64,000 bases of DNA from the NCBI GenBank assembly GCA_043228905.1, contig JBHGNT010000012.1:7192001-7256000 (forward strand), read 5' to 3'. This DNA comes from Azolla caroliniana. Its lineage: Eukaryota > Plantae > Polypodiophyta. The stretch's first letter is position 1, and every line of letters begins with the position of its first letter. This document shows, piece after piece, positions 47,723 to 62,800 of the stretch. A model generated the notes under the pieces. It did not search any database. It worked only from the letters and a program-made list of their open reading frames with translations, and had not been told where the DNA came from. The position numbers and the translations under genes were made by a program.

Positions 47723-49126
47723 TAACAAAGCCCGATTATGACTAGGCCTAGTGGGCCACAAGAGCCTCCAAGCGACCACAGTACATCTTGGCCAAGTTTG
47801 AAGATGGACAAAGGGAAGGCCAAAATGTCAGAGTACGAAGATCCGAACGACAACGAATCGACTCACTCACTCAATAGTGAGTATGACATCCTTGATGTGC
47901 CTATTAGGAGGACACCCTGGGCCAAGAAAGCGCTCACAACAATAGGTGAGAAACTCCGTCGCTCCACCCACGAAAAGAATGTAGTCAGCCAATTCGGCGA
48001 CAACGACTACATGGTATATCATTATGCATTTATGATGAAGGTGGCGTCAGTTCGAGAGCCAAAACATTTTGCCACAGCCACAAAAGATCCACGATGGGTC
48101 GAAGCGATGAATGAAGAAATGCAAGCCCTCAACAAGAACGAAACATGGGATCTTGTCTCCTCTTCACCCCACCAAAAGGCAATTGGTTATTGGTGGATAT
48201 ACAAGGTGAAGCAAAGCGTCGATGGCATCGTCAATTGGTATAAGGCCCAACTTGTCACAAAAGGGTCTGTGCAGACACATGGGGTCGATTATGCAGAGAC
48301 CTTTACCCCAATGGCAAAGATGACGACCATTCGAACCATGATCACGCATGCAGTAGCAAAAGGGTGCCACCTCCACCAGATGGATGTCAAAAACGCCTTT
48401 CTCCAAGGTGAATTAGATGAGGAGATGTACATGGTATAGCCTCCCGCAAAGTGTGAGTCGGCATACTATCGACAACGTGTCAGAAGTCTTATCTACCTCA
48501 CGATCACTCGACCCAACCTCAACTATCCGGTCAATCTCCTTAGCCAATTCATGCAAACTTCACGTGATACACATTTAGATTGTGCTAAGAAAGTGTTACG
48601 ATACGTGAGTGGAACGATGGACTATGGTATTCTCTACAATTTGGCAACACAAATTCAACTCGAAGGGTACACAAAAGTTGATTGGGTCGGCTACAAGGCC
48701 AACAAACAATTGACTTCAAGATTCGTCTTCTCCCTCAACAACGGAGCCATATCTTGGAGCAGCAAAAAGAGGTCAACAATCACATTGTCAAGCATAGAGG
48801 CTCGCAGCATGCTAAGTCGTATGGCATAAAAAGATCCTCAAGGATCTGGACATCTCCATCAAAGATCCCATCCTTCTCTCCTGTGACAACATGAGTAGCA
48901 TCCACCTAGCTCAGAACCCGGTTTCCATCCTCGGACTAAGCACATTGAGGTGCACTACCAGTTCATCCAAGAACATGTCTTGGCCGAAGATGTCAACCTG
49001 CAACACATCAGCATGAACCTGCAAACAGCCAAGATCTTCACGAAATCCCTGGGAGCCGACAAGTTGTGGCAATTCACGACAGCCCTAGGACTGTCAACCG
49101 CCAACCAGTCAAGCTTGATGGGGAGT
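47723..49126 (+). pseudogene. pol: Degenerate copia RT/RNase H, right part of the element split at 21740
   Basis: WVEAMNEEM..NETWDLV, HQMDVKNAFLQG, AISWSSKK, TKHIEVHY, IFTKSL. Purine run gatggggag at about 49118-49126. Confidence 0.85.
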
Positions 49127-49162
49127 AATCAATTGTCTCTTGACACAAAGCCTGATGAAGCA

Positions 49163-49785
49163 GAGCAAACGCAAAAAAGGAGTAAGTCGGCCATCCACAA
49201 CCGAAGTCGACCCGGATACCAATCAAGACTCAAGCCAACAATCCATCGCCCGAAAAGTTGTGTTTGAAAAAGAAGAAGGAAAAAAAAACTATGAAACCCT
49301 AGAGAAGGAGAAGGAGAGAGGGGGGGAAGAAACCCTAAATCTAAATGGTACACCCTCCTAATTCAAAATGGGTGACCCCAAAATAAGCCCTCATTTCCCC
49401 ATTATATAGAGATGAGGAGCCTACTTTTGGAATTTCTTGTAATGGGGAGCAAAATAATTTTCAAGCAAACACAAAAACAGAGTAAGTCGGCCATCCACAG
49501 TCGAAGCCAAAGCTAACTACCGAAGCTGACCCGAATACCAATCAAGACTCAAACCGACAATCCATCGCCCGAAAAGTTGTGTTTGAAAAAGACGAAGGAA
49601 AAAAAAACTAAGAAACCCTGGAGAAGGAGAAGGAGAAGGAGAGAGGGGGGAGAAGAAACCCTAGATCTAAGTGGTACACCCTCCTAATTCAAAATGGGTG
49701 ACCCCAAAATAAGCCCTCATTTCCCCATTATATAGAGATGAGAGCCTACTTTTGGAATTTCTTGTAATGGGGAGCAAAAAAAAAT
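49163..49785. repeat. ~300-bp direct tandem duplication
   Basis: gagtaagtcggccatccac...cttgtaatggggagcaaaa occurs twice (about 49180-49454 and 49480-49780). Confidence 0.8.
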
Positions 49786-49804
49786 TCCTTCATTTGCGCT
49801 ACTA

Positions 49805-49864
49805 GCAAAGACTTGACCTTTGCACCTCCACGTAGACACCCAGTGGCTTTAACCACTAGGCCAC
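49805..49864 (-). other. Degenerate tRNA-like segment related to the one at 304-357
   Basis: Minus strand TGGCCTAGTGGTTAAAGCC...GGAGGTGCAAAGGTCAAGTC. Confidence 0.4.
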
Positions 49865-50639
49865 TGACTCTTTTATTACTTAAATATTTTCCCATATACC
49901 TAACCTTATGAAATGTGTGCGTGCAACCTTTATTTTTCACTTTTTCTCACCATTGCCACACCACATCACAACAATGTGTTATGCAAAACTTGAGAGTGGC
50001 CACTAGGGACTTGAACTAGGTTAAAGAGGAAACTTTATAGAAAGAAAGGTTGTCATTCCACTCGAGCACCCCCTAGGGAATATGAGAGACGGATCTAAGC
50101 CCCCCGTTGGTGACAGACATGGATCGTACCTTGAGCTTGAAGATAAAGGGAGCTTTGACACACTATAAGAGTCTCTATCTCGAAACAAACAAGAAAAGAG
50201 ATATCCCTTCATGAAGGTAGCTAGCCTTCTTATATAGGCTCAAACCTTGGGCCCGTTGTGTGTGTTTCTCACTTGGTTACTTTTTTTTATAAAAAGTAGC
50301 CTTCTCCCACTATAGGAACGAGATAACTCAATCTTCACCCTTCATCCTTACAAATTAGCCCACTTCAACAGTTACGGTTATCCTCAATAAATACTTCCCA
50401 TCTCAAAAAGATTGGACTCTTGCCATGAAAAGTCAGGAAAGTTTGTCTTAAGAGCATCTTCTCACTCTCAAGTAGCACCTTTAATAGAACCATCTGTCCA
50501 TTTAATTTTAAACACTCAAATATACTTAAACATAAAAGTTTAGCTTTTGAATCGAGAATTCTTTCTGTCTTATGACATTTGGATGAAAAATCCTCAAAAT
50601 TATCTAGAGTTTTATTGGAAATTAAACTGTTGTTAGAAC

Positions 50640-50800
50640 CCAAGAGTCCTTTGACACGATTAACGTGAAAGATTGGATAGATTTTGATGCCAATTGGAAG
50701 GTCAAGTTGATAGGTAGATAAACCAGTACGCTTGAGGATTATGAAAGGTCCACAAAACTGTGGGGCAAATTTAGCACACTTTATCCTTAGGTAATGTCAT
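50640..50800 (-). pseudogene. Highly decayed gypsy integrase C-terminus
   Basis: Minus-strand FCGPFIILKR..TYQLDLP..IYPIFHV (GPY/F module). Followed by a ~200-bp tandem duplication at about 50840-51250. Confidence 0.55.
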
Positions 50801-51632
50801 AAAGTCATGATGAACACGTAAACCACCTCCAGCCTAGGGAGAAATACACAGGGTTGTCGATGTTGATCAACATAAAAGCAAGTTCTATCCTAAGCCATTT
50901 TTATATTCCTAAGCTATATGCAACATATCTTGCATATCCCTTAGAAAATTTTGTCTAGTGCTCATCACGAAGAATGTTGACATCGATCTAGGCAAGTGGT
51001 TGAAAACCATACATCACAATATAAGGACTATATCAAGGCAAAGGAAAAGTACACGAGGTTGTCGATGTTGGCCAACATAAAAGCGAGGTCTATCCTGAAT
51101 CATTTTTATATTCCCAAGTTATATGCAACATAACTTGCATATCCCTTAGAAAATTTTGTCTAGTGTGTGGCTCTTCACGATGAATGTTGACATCGATCTA
51201 GGCACATAGTTGAAAACCATACATCAACATATAAGGACTATATCAAGTTGATATATGATTGGTGCTATTACATGCAAACTCCAAAATGGGAAGATATTGT
51301 GGTGTTCGTAGACAATCCCAACCAAGAAATGACCCCAAAGTGAACCGATACAAGCCCGAGCAGCCCCCAAAAGAGTTGGCACAACCTCAAAGAATCATGG
51401 TTGGAGGAAAGGTCCCAAGTAGGCGTGAGCAAGGTTAGGACAAGCTCACGCAGTCCCAACCCGAGCGTAGTCCCACCCCAAGTTGGGACTCAAGAGGGGA
51501 ACTAGCCCCAACCCTTGTCCAAAAAAGGGAGCCACTATGGAATTGCACATTGGCTCCCCAATGGCTAGCATCAACGGCCATTCTTGGCCTAACGCCAAGG
51601 GACACCAAGAGTCACGTCTTGGCATAACAACC

Positions 51633-54600
51633 TGTTAGGAAATAGATCCCTCTGGATGGTATAGGAGTACCTGGCAACGGAAGACCCGGTGAGAACCGGA
51701 TAACGAGTGCCCGGCAAGAGCCGGATGGTGAAGACCCGGTGAGAACCGGATGACGAGTGCCCGGCAAGAGCCGGATGGTGAAGACCCGGTGAGAACCGGA
51801 TGACGAGTGCCTGGCAAGAGCCGGATGATGCAAGCCCGGTGAGGAGTGCTCACCGGATGAAGGGACATATTCGTAAATATGTTTCTAAGAGTCCATTGGG
51901 GCTATATTTGTAAATAGCCGAAAAGTAATATTAGTATAAATATGACTTAGGGAAAATTTAGTGTGTAGTTGTCATTCTTGTTGGTGCAAGATTTGAGTGC
52001 AACCGTGTACAGAGAGAGAGAGAGTGAGAGACGAAGAGGACGTTGTCTCTGTTGTAACCGCCGCTTGTGGCGAAGACAGTGAACAAGAGGTCATTGCCTC
52101 TATGTTCATCTATTGTATACTGTAACATAGTGATAGTTTGCAGTCTGTGGACTGCCATGGTTTTTCCCGTGTTTGGGCTTTCCACGTAAACATCATGTGT
52201 ACTCTTCTCTTTACTGTGTCGTGCGTACATTACCCGTTTTTCTGTGTTTGATCCTAGACTCGGTTGTGGCCGAGCATTGTTTTATGGGAGCGTGTAGTCC
52301 TTTCAAAGTGGTATTAGAGTGAAACGACACAGAAAATGGACGATTCGTTGCGAGGCATGTTCAAGCTCACCGGCTCCAACTATTCAGTGTGGAAGTCGAA
52401 GATGAGGGGACATGCTTGTGGTTAAAGATCTTTGGTTGCCAGTTCAGTTCGGGGACAAGAGATCGGACAAAATCGATGCCACGATATGGGAGGTGATGCA
52501 CATGAAGACAACGGCGTACATACGGTGCTTCATCGACATGAGTCTATACAACAACTTCAATGAAGAGAGCAAGGCTCATGAGCTCTGGGAGAAGATCGGC
52601 ATTATGTTTCAAAACAAAAATGTTGTTAATCAGGTTTCGGTATTTCGGAAGCTAGTAAGAGTCTGGTACCAAGATGGCTCCAGCATGGCGGAGCACATGA
52701 ATGCCTTCCAGGGGCTGATTCACCAAGCAACATCATTGGAAGTACCTCTCGCCGATGAGATACTGGCACTACTCCTGCTCCGTCCCCTCCCAGATAGCTG
52801 GGAGACGTTGGTTGTCACTTTGGGCAACGCCGGGCCGGAAGGGAAACGGTTATCCCTAGCAAGAGTGAAGTCGATCTTGCTAGATGAAGAGGCGCGTCGA
52901 AAAGATAAGGATATGAGCTCTAACTCCAAAGCGCTCCTTACCGAATCGGAACGCGGAAGACGAAGGAACCGTAGTCCCCAGAACCGGGAGAACTCGGGGA
53001 CACGGTCAAAGTCAAGGGGGAGGCCTACTTGCTTCTATTGCGGCAAGCCAGGTCACTTCTAGAAGAACTGTCGGCAGTTCCGAAAAGACAAGGAAACCAA
53101 TGGTACTGATTCGAAACAGACACCGGATTGGAACGGTAAAGACCGGAGGGGAACGGACTGGAAGGGAACGACGGCAATCGCGGCAACTGAAGAAGAGTTG
53201 ATGCTCATCACTGAGGAGAGTGAGTTGAACCTTGCCGGCGACGAGATGACATGGGTGGTCGACTGCAGAGCGTCATTCCACCTTACCCTGGACCGGAAAT
53301 GCTTCTCATCCTACTCAGCCGGTGATCACGGCTGTGTCTGGCTGGGGAATGAAGGTACATGCCGAATTGTCGGCATAGGAGACATGTGGTTGACAACACC
53401 AACCGGATGCAAGATGTTCCTGAAAGATGTCTGACACGTTCCAGAGGTTCGACTGAACCTGATATCAGCCGGTCGGCTAGATGATGAAGGCTACACGGGT
53501 AGCATCCGGAACGGTGTTATGAAGTTCAGCAAAGGGAGCCTGATTGTGGCTCGGACCTAGAAGATCAACAAGTTGTACCTGATGAATGCCCGATTATGCC
53601 CAGAAGAAGTGAACGTGGCATCCGACATTGCCGATGAGTTGTGGCACAAGAGACTGTGTCACATGAGCGAGAAGGGGATGAAGAGGCTTGCATACGACAA
53701 CCTCATTCCAGTGAAGAACGTGCACTTGGAGAAGTGCACTGATTGTCTGGCCGGTAAACAAAACCGGACCTCCTTCCGATCGAGGCCACCGATGAGACGT
53801 AATGCACCACTGAAGTTGGTGCATACTAATGTGTGTCAAGTGGACACGAAGTCACATGCAGGATCGCAGTACTTCGTGACGCTCATAGATGACCACAACC
53901 GGAAGTTGTGGGCCACACCGTTGAAGACGAAGGATTAGGTGCCATCCGTCTTCAAAAAGCTCCACGCGAGAGTGGAAAGAGAAACCGGCCGGAAGTTGAA
54001 GGCGGTTCGAGCAGATAATGGAAGTGAATACCAGGGGCAGTTCAAGGAGTACTGCCGCTCGAAGGGAATCCGGCTCAAATTTACCGTGCTGAAGACACCG
54101 GAACTAAACAGGCTGGCCGAGAGGATGAACCGGACCATAATGGAGAGGGTCCGGAGTATGTTGGTGCATGCAAAATTACCCAAGAAGTTTTGGGCAAAGG
54201 CACTGTCGACGGCGACATATGTGATAAACAGATCACCCTCGGTACCCTTGGACGGAGACACGCCACAGAGAGTCTGGACCAGTAAGGAAGTGTTCTACCG
54301 GCATCTGAAGGTATTCGGGTGTCTTACGTACGTGCATGTAGCTAAGGACCGGAGAGGAAAGTTAGATCCGAAGACCCGGCCATGCATATTCCTCGGTTAC
54401 GGCGACGATGAGTTTGGCTACCGAGTGTGGGATCCGGTTGACAAGAAGGTATTTCAGAGTCAAGATATTATCTTCATGGAGGACAAGACGCTCGCCGACT
54501 GGGATTCGGAGAAGAAGATAATGAACTCTGAGTCGATCGGTAAGGATCGATTCTACAATGAGCAGACCCAACCGGCAAGAGACCGGTTAGCACTCAATGA

Positions 54601-57051
54601 ACCGGCCGGTGACGGTAAGGAGACAAGACAGGCCGAAGAAGAAGGAATAGGTGAAACCGGAACCGGCCAAGATCCCGAATCGGATTCGGATGAAGAACAA
54701 ATAGAGGAGCCGGTTGCCGAAGGTCAAAGACGGAGATATCCTCTCAGAGAGAGAAGGGCCCCCCGAAGATTTTCGGATGCAGAGCATGTGCTACTGACCG
54801 ATGAGGGGGAGCCGGAAAGCTTCGAAGAAGCGAAGGAAGACACCCACAGCCACAAATGGTTAAGTGCCATGCAGGATGAGATGGATTCCTTGCATGAGAA
54901 CCATATGTACGAATTGGTGGAGTTGCCGAAAGGAAAGCGGGCACTCCGAAACAAGTGGGTGTACAAGTTGAAACCGAGAGATGTCGGCAACCCCCCGAGA
55001 TACAAAGCCAGGATCGTAGTGAAGGGGTTCCAGCAAAAGAAGGGCGTGGACTTCGACGAGATATTTTCCCCAGTAGTAAAGATGACCTCCATCCGTACGG
55101 TGTTGAGTATAGCGGCAAGCATGGACCTCGAGGTAGAGCAGCTGGACGTGAAGACAGCATTCCTTCACGGTGACCTCGAAGAGGAGATCTACATGCAGCA
55201 ACTGGAAGGATTCGTGGAGAAAGGGGGAAGGAGCACCTGGTTTGCCGGTTGAAGAAGAGCCTGTATGGACTGAAGCAGGCTCCCCGACAATGGTACCGGA
55301 AGTTCGACTCCTTCATGATCAATCAAGGGTACCACAAGATGCAGGCCGATCACTGTGTGTTTGTGAAGAACTTCGAAGGAGGCGACTTCCTGATACTCCT
55401 TCTATACATGGACGACATGTTGATCGTCGTACGGGACCAAGCCAAAATACGGATGCTGAAGAAGGCTCTCAACCGAACTTTCGCAATGAAAGACTTGGGT
55501 CCGGCAAGACAGATGTTGGGGATGTATATCATCCGGGACCGGCCAAAGAAGCAATTGTGGTTGTCACATGAGAAGTACGTGACAAAAGTGCTTCAGCGGT
55601 TCAACATGTTAGACGCGAAACCGGTTGGATCGACACTTCCGGCAAACTGCAGATTATCCGGTAAGCAAAGCCCGAAGACGAAAGCAGAGAAGGCGGATAT
55701 GATGAAGGTGCCATATGCCTCTGCCGTCAGGAGCTTAATGTACGCAATGGTGTGTACTCAACCGGATATTGGATACGCAATCGGAGTGGTGAGCCGGTTT
55801 ATGAGCAATCCCGACAAGGAGCACTAGAACGCGGTCAAATGGATACTCTGGTACTTGAAGGGCACTTCGAATATGTGTCTCTGATTCGGCTCCGGTAAAC
55901 CTCATTACCGATTCGGACATGTCGGTTGATGTGGATACCAGCCGATCTACATCTGGGTATGTAATGACATATGAAGGGGGAGCTGTTTCATGGCAGTCGA
56001 GGCTGCAGAAGACGGTTGCGTTGTCAACCACGGAGGCGGAGTACATGGCCGCTATGGAAGCCGGCAAGGAAATATTATGGATGAAGGACTTCATCGGAGA
56101 GCTCGGTATCCGGCAAGATGAATATCGGCTCTATTGCGACAGTCAAAGTGCCATCCACCTTGCTAAGAACGCAGCGTACCATTCCAGGACGAAGAATATC
56201 CAGCGTAGGTATCACTGGATCCGGGAGCAAGTAGAAGATCAAGAGTTCGCGCTGACGAAGATCCACACAGCCGAGAACGGGTCAGATATGCTGACCAAAA
56301 TACTAATACCCGACAAGCTGGATGCATGTTGGAAGCGGATCAGACTAGTAAGACATCCCATGCCGGAGTGAAGGGGGAGTTTGTTAGGAAACAGATCCCT
56401 CCGGATGGGATAGGAGTACCCGGCAACGGAAGACCCGGTGAGAACCGAATGACGAGTGCCCGGCAAGAGCCGGATGGTGAAGACCCGGTGAGAATCGGAT
56501 GACGAGTGCCCGGCAAGAGCCGGATGGTGAAGGCCCGGTGAGAACCGGATGACGAGTGTCCGGCAAGAGCCGGATGATGCAAGCCCGGTGAGGAGTGCTC
56601 ACCAAATGAAGGGACATATTCGTAAATATGTTTATGAGAGTCCATTGGGCTATATTTGTAAATAGCCGAAAAGTCATATTAGTATAAATATGACTTAGGG
56701 CAAATTTAGTGTGTAGTTGTCATTCTTGTTGGTGCAAGATTTGAGTGCAACCGTGTATAGAGAGAGAGAGTGAGAGATGAAGAGGACGTTGTCACTGTTG
56801 TAATCGCCGACTGTGGCGAAGACAGTGAACAAGAGGTCGTTGCCTCTATGTTCATCTATTGTATACTGTAACATAGTGATAGTTTGCAGTCTGTGGACTG
56901 TCATGGTTTTTCCCATGTTTGGGCTTTTCACATAAACATCCTATGTACTCTTCTCTTTACTGTGTCGTGCGTACATTACCCGTTTTTCTGTGTTTGATCC
57001 TAGACTCGGTTGTGGCCGAGCATTGTTTTACGGGAGTGTGTAGTCCTTTCA
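51633..57051 (+). mobile_element. Full-length but inactivated copia of family A type (copy D)
   Basis: LTRs 51633-52305 and 56382-57051 with 50-bp tandem repeats. PBS 52309-52320, PPT 56370-56379. TSD CAACC/CGACC. gag-pol 52337-56371 carries many stops. Confidence 0.9.
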
Positions 57052-57199
57052 CGACCACCCCTCTTGGCATAACAGCCACCCCCTTGGCCCATATAAGAAG
57101 AAGCCCCTCCTTATTTTGGATTCATTCCATGTTTCAAAACTCTATCTCTCTCTCATATAATAATCTTTTAGCTCCATTCTTGTCTCCCCCAACCGTGTT

Positions 57200-58900
57200 T
57201 AATTGTCTTTCGAGACCCCATATTTTAAGTACATTACAATATTGTTCCTGTTTGGTAGGCTTCTTAGCTACGTATGCTCGAACCATATCCTCAATGATCT
57301 AATTTAACTCATTCTATTTGTCCATCAAACTACAAACACATCCTCAAAATAGTTTCCAATTTCTTAAAGACGTGTGTTTAAAAATCACTAATAAATTTAG
57401 TATTTTTGTCACTTACTATATCCATCGATAACCCATAGAATCGGAATAGTTAATTGATAAATTAATAAGCCAAGTCGTGAGTTGTCATCATGGATTTCAT
57501 TGGAATGAATCTGACCATTTTCATTTATCTATCAACAACCACCCAAGTGGCATCATGACCTTTTTGAGTGCATGGTAAACTAATAAAGAAATCCATCGAT
57601 ATGCTTTCCCACTAATTATTAGGAATATCCAAAGGATATAAAAGACCTGCAACCTTAAGTCGTTGAGCCTCATTAACCTAACACATTGGTGACATTTAAT
57701 CACATAATCTTCTACATTAGGATGCATTTTAGGCCTAAAAAACTCAAGTGGAGATAAGAACAAGTGTACGATCTATCCCAGGATGGCCTGTTGAGGGTGC
57801 GTCATGACATTGAAAAGAATTTTCTTTTTTACTTCAAGCAAATTAGGGACACAAACCTTTCCATTATGATAGAGCAAACCATTAGCAATGTAAACTAATG
57901 AAGTGTTTATGGAATCTTTTCCATATTCGGCTCTAAACTAGAATTTTCCAGAATAATTGTCATCAAGGTACTTTCCTCAAAGTTGTTCATACAAATCAAA
58001 TTTAATTTTAGTGAAGTTAAGCATGTTAAGATCATGAATACGACTCAATGCATCAACGATTGTGTTCATGGATCCTTTATAATAGCATATAGAAAAATGT
58101 TGAGTTCTTGAATGAGTTTTTCCGATCGTGCCTTAAGACCAACAAGATCTTGTTGGTCACAAAAAATTTCAAGGACTCGTGGTCCATAGTTAAAACTATT
58201 TCCATATAAGTAATGTCTCTATGAATTAAGTGTATGTATTATTGCGAGTTCTTTTTCTTGAACTGAGTACCGACACTGAGTTTGAGTAACATACTCTCAA
58301 ATGTGACGAGTTTGGCATCTTGATACAAAATTGCCCCTACGCCATAATCACTAGCATCAGTCTCCACTTCATAAAGTTTAGATGGGTCTGGTTAGAGAAG
58401 TGAACAATCCTGCCACACATGTTCTTTGAGTGTTCTAAACAACTCATCTAGATGATCATTCCAAGGGTTTGCTTTGTAGACTTGCACGTTTGACCTTTTA
58501 AAAAGTTCGTAAGAGAATTGAAGGAGTCTAGCACACATATTCTTTGAATGTTCTAAACGATTCATCTAGATGATCATTCCAAGGAATTGCTTTTGTAGAC
58601 TTGCACATTTGACCTTTTAAAAAGTTCTTTCCATCTTGACTTTGAACTCAAGCATATGTTGAACCACTATTTCCATCCAAGCCATTGTGATATATGGTTC
58701 TCCAAGGATAACGGGGTGAGACGCCAATTCCAACATAAAAAAGTGTTGGTCTATTTCAACGTCACCAATCTTCACTTTCACATTAGGGCAAGCTCCATGA
58801 AGTTCTTACATTGCCCTTGTTGTTGCCTGAATCTTCCATGCATGCTTAGTGTCAATTCTGATTCACCGAGCAAGAAATTGTGCCTAATCGTAAATTTCCA
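57200..58900 (-). pseudogene. Highly decayed gypsy pol remnants (RNase H, integrase)
   Basis: Minus-strand VETDASDYGVGAIL, CHDAPSTGHPG and YVIKCHQC fragments; AT-rich and riddled with stops. Confidence 0.6.
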
Positions 58901-59195
58901 GCTAGTGGAAATCTAACCCACTACGTCGACTAAGGTCGACGTCCGTCTACTAGATAGTATCCAAAAGGAGGACAAAAGTGTAAATTCTGAAAGTTTTTTC
59001 TTCCCCACGAGGGAAGGTTTAAGTCGTAATTTATTAGAATATGAATAAAGTCGAGCTAGTTATGGCTCCAATTTCTTTCGGTGGGGAATGGAAGGCGGTG
59101 TTGCTTCCTGAGTTGGTAGGCTTCACAAATTTGGGCCTTCCGGCCACTAAATTTCAGCAGTCCGAACACAACCTGTTTCGACTACAAGTCCTGAA

Positions 59196-59635
59196 GCCTT
59201 TGATCATTTACGTGGCCAATCCACTTGTGCCACAAGTCGATATCCAACTCGACTTTCTAACCTTTTGCGTACAAAGCGGTGCCTACATCATTGGTATCGA
59301 GGATAAACATCCTCCCGCCCGGCACCCTTGCACGATGATCTGGCCCTCTTCCTCGATGAAGCACCAAAGGTACGTAAACCACACTTGCATCCCTGTCGAA
59401 TACGAGTGTATAATGGCCTTTGATCATTTACGTGGCCAATCCACTTGTGCCACAAGTCGATATCCAACTCGACTTTCTAACCTTTTGCGTACAAAGCGGT
59501 GCCTACCTCATTGGTATTGAGGATAAACATCCTCCCGCCCGGCACCCTTGCACGATGATCTGGCCCTCTTCCTCGATGAAGCACCAAAGGTACGTAAACC
59601 ACACTTGCATCCCTGTCGAATACAAGTGTATAATG
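59196..59635. repeat. 220-bp tandem duplication spanning the insertion junction of copia F
   Basis: Units start at 59196 and 59416. Each ends with the LTR start tgtcgaatac (59394, 59614). Confidence 0.85.
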
Positions 59636-59809
59636 GACGTATTCACACTGTCCCTTTAGACAACCCAAGTTTGGGCTATTTCTGTAAATAGCATAAAGGG
59701 CAGTTGCCCTAGGATAGTCACTATATATATAGTGACTTTGTAACCTTTAGAAAAGGTTGGTTGTCATTCTTTGTAACTGTTGCTATTGGAATAGAAAGAT
59801 TGATTTGTG

Positions 59810-59846
<37 letters not shown>

Positions 59847-62800
59847 ATCTTGCATATGCGCATACACAGGTTCTTCTTCATCAAGAATGTTGCTTTCACT
59901 TCCGCATTGACGGCCTTGTCCCCAAAATTTGGTATCAAAGCGTTGGAGGTTCTTCAACCCGCTGTCGGCCGTCATCGTAAACCACACAACATTCCGTTTT
60001 CGTTTTCTTTGAAGAACAGAGAAGGGAGAAGAAAAAACAAAAAGTTTGCATCTCACTGTGTTAAATCACAAATTGGAGTAAGACATGCGGCTTTACTCTG
60101 TTCCTGTGATTGTAACCGCTTGAGGGGAGCTCCTTGAGCAACAACCGACCCAATCGTGCTTCATTCAGTTAAACGACATCCGAATAGGTCACCGAACGCT
60201 ATTCACCCGCTTGCTGTAACCACCCGCTGCAGATTGGTCTCCAGGAAACAACCAAATTCGTGCTTCACTCGGTTGGTCAACATTCGGGAGGATCAGCTGG
60301 ATCCGTCCCTCTTATCGTTGTAGTCATCCGAAGCAGAATCAGCCCAAACAATCAGTTTCTTGTAATCAATACTCGGCATACAATCGGAAGCTAACCGGGC
60401 TCACTCCGGCTCGGCAACATTTGGGAAGACCAGCCGGTTCTGTCCCTCAAGTTACTGGAGTCACTCTAAGCAAGTTCAGCAACAAGTATCTGAAACCAAA
60501 CCGACTCAAGTTCAAAACCGACTAGAACGATATCGGGTGAGCCGACCGGCTGCACCCCACTAAGGTTCGTAGTCAACTCCGAACCCAGTCTTACCAACCG
60601 AAACCGAAGCAGATGGCATCAACATCCGGCTCATCGGAGATGAGTCTAAGGAGGTTCGATGGTTCGAACTTCAACTTCTGGAAGGAACAAATGCAAGGCT
60701 ATCTCATAGTCAAGGGTCAGATAGACCCGATTGAGAATGAAAATCCCCCATAAGCATACAAGGCAAACGAGTGGCTAAAGCTGGACAGAATCGTCCGCCC
60801 CACGATTCGGATGCACTTATTGGAGTCAGTGTACTTCACAGTGCAATCATGCACGACAACGTTTGAACTTTGGAAAACACTGTCGGAAACTTATGAAAAG
60901 AAGGTTGCCGCAACAAAGATGTATCTAATCCGGCGCCTCTACAACTTGCGGATGAAAGAATCTGATTCGGTTCAGGCACACCTCAACGAGTACGAAAGCA
61001 TAAGCTCCCAAATCTCGTCTCAGGGGACGGCAATCGAGGATGAACTCGGAGCAATGATACTCATGAGTAGCCTCCCCTCTTCATGGGAAACTTTCGTTAC
61101 AACCGTGTGCAAAATGCTTCAACGACCGTCGTTAAGTACTCCGAAGTCACGAGCGCAATCCTGACTGAAGCAGCTCGGAGAAAGTCTTTCGCCAAAGACC
61201 CGACAAATGAAGCTTACATAGTACAAGGTTCAACCGACCAATCGAACAACCAGGGAAGAAGTTCTTCCCGACTATCGAACAATCAGCGAAGCCGGAGCAA
61301 GTCCCGAGACAACCGAATCTGAAACTACTACAAGAAACCGGGACACATCAAAGCTGACTGTCGGGCACTCAAAGCAAAAACCGACAAAACTCAGAGAGCG
61401 GATTAGAAGAGTAGCTAGCATGAGGAGGTCAACTACGTCGGCTCTTCAGCCGAAATTTTGACGACCGACCCGAACATATTGTCCATAGAGAACCCAGTCA
61501 AATCAGAAGTTTTGCTTACAACTGAGGAATCGAGCACATGGCTCCTGGACTCGGGCACATCATATCATGTGACACCTCACTGATCTCAGTTTCGGCAATA
61601 CTCGGACCGGCACTCCAACTCAGTTCGAGTCGGAAACTCGCAGCATTGTGCTATAATCGGAATCGGCATTGTAGAGCTCAACCTTCCGGGTGGCTCTACA
61701 CTCGTACTACACAACGTCCAACACGTTCCTGAGCTTTCAAGTCCCTTGATCTCAGTCGGACAACTTGACGAAGTCAGCATCCGTGCCGAGTTCTCATCAG
61801 GAGGGTGGACACTCCACAAAGGGAACCTCCTGCTTGCTCGAGGACCAAAGGTACACTCTTTGTACCCTTTATATGTCACGCTCAAAGAGGGTGACTTATT
61901 TCTGGTTGATATCCCGTTTCATCGTTATGGCACGGATGACTTGGACACCTCAGCTAGGCCGGCATAACACACCTATCCAAAGCCGGTTACATCCCCAAGC
62001 TCTCCTTCTCGGATCATCAATTCTGCGAGCATTGCCAGTACGGCAAACAGGTAGCCACATCACACCCGACATCAACACCAAGAGAATCGAGTCCCCTCGA
62101 TTTGGTCCACTCGAACGTTTGTGGCCCGATGCCACATCAATCTCTTGGCGGTGCTTCATACTTCGTCAGTTTCATTGATGACTCGACTCGGAAGGTGTGG
62201 GCTTACCCCATTAGAACCAAAGATCGGGTGTTCCTGATATTCTCCGAATGGCTTGCAATGGTCGAAAATCAAACCGATCGGAAACTGAAATGTCTCTGAA
62301 CCGACAACGGAGGAGAATTCAAGTCTGAAGAATTCGTCCAATTTTGTCGGGGATGCGGCATTTGACGTGAATACACGGCACCTTATAGTCCGGAGCAGAA
62401 CGGAATTGCAGAACGCATGAATTGGACAATTCAAGAACGCTTAGTATCCATGCTCCAACACTCCAGACTGTCGGATGGCTTCTGGGCGGAGGCTCTACTT
62501 ACGGCAGTACACATAATCAATATGTCGCCAAGTAGACCTCTAGGACTTAAAATACCTCAAGAAATATGGACCGGCAGTAAGCCGAGTTATGACAAGCTGA
62601 GGATCTTTGGCTACGAGGCGTATGCCATCATACCGAAAAATGACCGCCGGAAACTCGAACCAAGATCAAGGAAATGTGTTTTCCTTGGATATGGACCCAA
62701 CGGCGAGATCAGATACCAACTCTGGGACCCCGAGCACAGACAAATCGTCTGAAGTTCGGACGTCGTGTTCAACGAGTCAGCTATGCATAAAACGGCCGAA

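Noticed and set aside
59041-59659. Two similar ORFs suggesting a duplicated gene
   Set aside because: Products of the 220-bp tandem duplication; no recognisable domain.
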